From the NCBI GenBank assembly GCA_011109175.1, contig RDEW01000003.1:1556774-1620773 (forward strand): DNA of 64,000 nucleotides, in the 5' to 3' direction. Shown piece by piece: positions 62,870 through 64,000 of this stretch (position 1 is its first letter; each line of letters opens with the position of its first letter). Both the position numbers and the translations under genes were made by a program. This DNA comes from Dicyema japonicum (lineage: Eukaryota; Animalia; Dicyemida). The notes below the pieces were generated by a model. That model saw only the letters and a list, made by a program, of their open reading frames with translations. It did not search any database and was not told the DNA's origin.

Positions 62870-63130
62870 TCTTACAAAGAAAGATGGAGAAGTAAGTCGA
62901 TCTCTTCCATTTTCATCGCACGTCATACAGTCTCGGACATCACTTAATTCACAGGTAGAAGAATTTAATAACAGTAATCTTCACCAGTGGAGTTGGATAG
63001 GAAAAAAGTTGGAAGATCTCTTTCAAAAACTGTGTCATGTCAGAAAGGACTCATCAGCTCACGGGTGGGATCTGTTTGACAGAAACTCTTAGCTATCCTG
63101 ATAGTCACTCTTAGCTCTATTATCACGATT
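62870..63130 (-). mobile_element. SINE-like family A copy with CTGATGAGTCC core
   Basis: Reverse complement cagatcccacccgtgagCTGATGAgtcctttctgac aligns with 16178-16215. Confidence 0.65.
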
Positions 63131-63272
63131 GACTTAGAAAAACGTAAGAGACATTTTTGTATGGACTTAATGTATGGACTTTGACTATCCAGGAACTTGG
63201 AAATTAGGTCATTATGATATTATTAATTTAATTTATTAAAACTAGACAAACTGAAATATCCATTAAAATTAA

Positions 63273-63768
63273 TTAAGAATCTTTATTTCTGGCTGCTCGA
63301 TTAATGATGACTATTTCTCGAATCATCAAACCACTCGTGATTACAAATGAAACAGTTAAACCCAATAATGATGCCTAAAAAATATAATTAAATTACTGCA
63401 ATTGTAGTTGCTAAAGGGTTCAGGTGATATACTTCACTAGACGTAATTACCGAGATAGAAAAGAAAATATCAAGTATGAAAAATATCAAAAATAAAATTG
63501 TTGCCTAGATTTTATATTATTAAAACTGCTATCAATATTCCTTTTCTCTTACTTCCAGTAAACACGAAGATGTGAATAATGGTAAAGGGAAGTGAAATCC
63601 CAAATTGAATACTTATAAACATTGGAGCACTGTAAAAATCCTCGTAAAACAAAAAAGAACAAGATATGAGAATTATCTGTGTAACCTCAAACTTAAAAAA
63701 TATAATACATTTATTAAGAGCAGGAGAATGCCCTGAGGTGACATTAATCTTTTCAAAATTATTTCCAT
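63273..63768 (-). CDS. Small four-TM MARVEL-like membrane protein, paralog 2 (3 tiny introns, one homopolymer indel)
   Basis: MEIILKRLMSPQGILLLLIN|VTQII..|ATILFLIFFILD..|ASLLGLTVSFVITSGLMIRE; same intron positions as 5295-5768. Confidence 0.65.
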
Positions 63769-64000
63769 GTTATATAAGAAATAATATTAATTAGAATCTT
63801 AGTTTTATATTAAAAAATATTTTTATTAAGATATTAAATTTATTTTATTTTAATCTTAATTTTTAATATCAAAAAAACACTAAACTGTATCCAGTCAGGG
63901 TCTCATCAAGACTGCGGGTTCGCAGGTTTGCATCCCAGCGGTGTCATTTTTCACTTACCAACTGGGGGCGTGTTAAGTTTTGAAAGTCAATAATTGAAGT

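Noticed and set aside
63890-63990. tRNA gene near the window end
   Set aside because: Only a B-box-like GGTTTGCATCCC; no cloverleaf can be drawn; at most a SINE head.
1-64000. Ciliate-type stop-codon reassignment to explain tiny introns and short ORFs
   Set aside because: Spliced genes are free of in-frame TAA/TAG and end at TAA, TAG or TGA; the Src kinase indicates an animal.

Overview
AT-rich eukaryotic genomic DNA from an animal. An SH3-SH2 Src-family kinase is present; a reduced parasite such as a myxozoan cnidarian is my best guess, with dicyemid/orthonectid as alternatives (inference only). About 14 compact protein-coding genes, almost all split by tiny (~20-35 nt) GT-AG introns, lie as islands among decayed transposons: APE-RT LINEs ending in an invariant Gly-Ile-Thr-stop motif, RTE-like, CRE-like and R4-like REL elements, two SINE families, a Tc1/IS630 remnant and hAT remnants. 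Recognisable genes: Asterix/WDR83OS, two MARVEL-like 4-TM paralogs, MCM2, stomatin, a FAM194/ERICH6-like gene, a very divergent mitochondrial AspRS (DARS2) homolog, an atypical Rho GTPase, KIAA2013, DOHH, a Src-family kinase, ASF1 and ORC2. Single-base homopolymer indels interrupt even essential genes, which points to unpolished long-read assembly error. Top leads: (1) an intact spliced DARS2 homolog that lacks both class II ATP-binding arginines and most of the anticodon domain (candidate pseudo-synthetase); (2) a repeated RNA element with HDV-like double-pseudoknot topology; (3) nucleotide-level conservation of a LINE terminal motif (11 copies); (4) hammerhead-like cores in a SINE; (5) a RhoH-like GTPase-deficient Rho. 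All homologies come from manual translation and remembered reference sequences, not searches, and TE boundaries are approximate.
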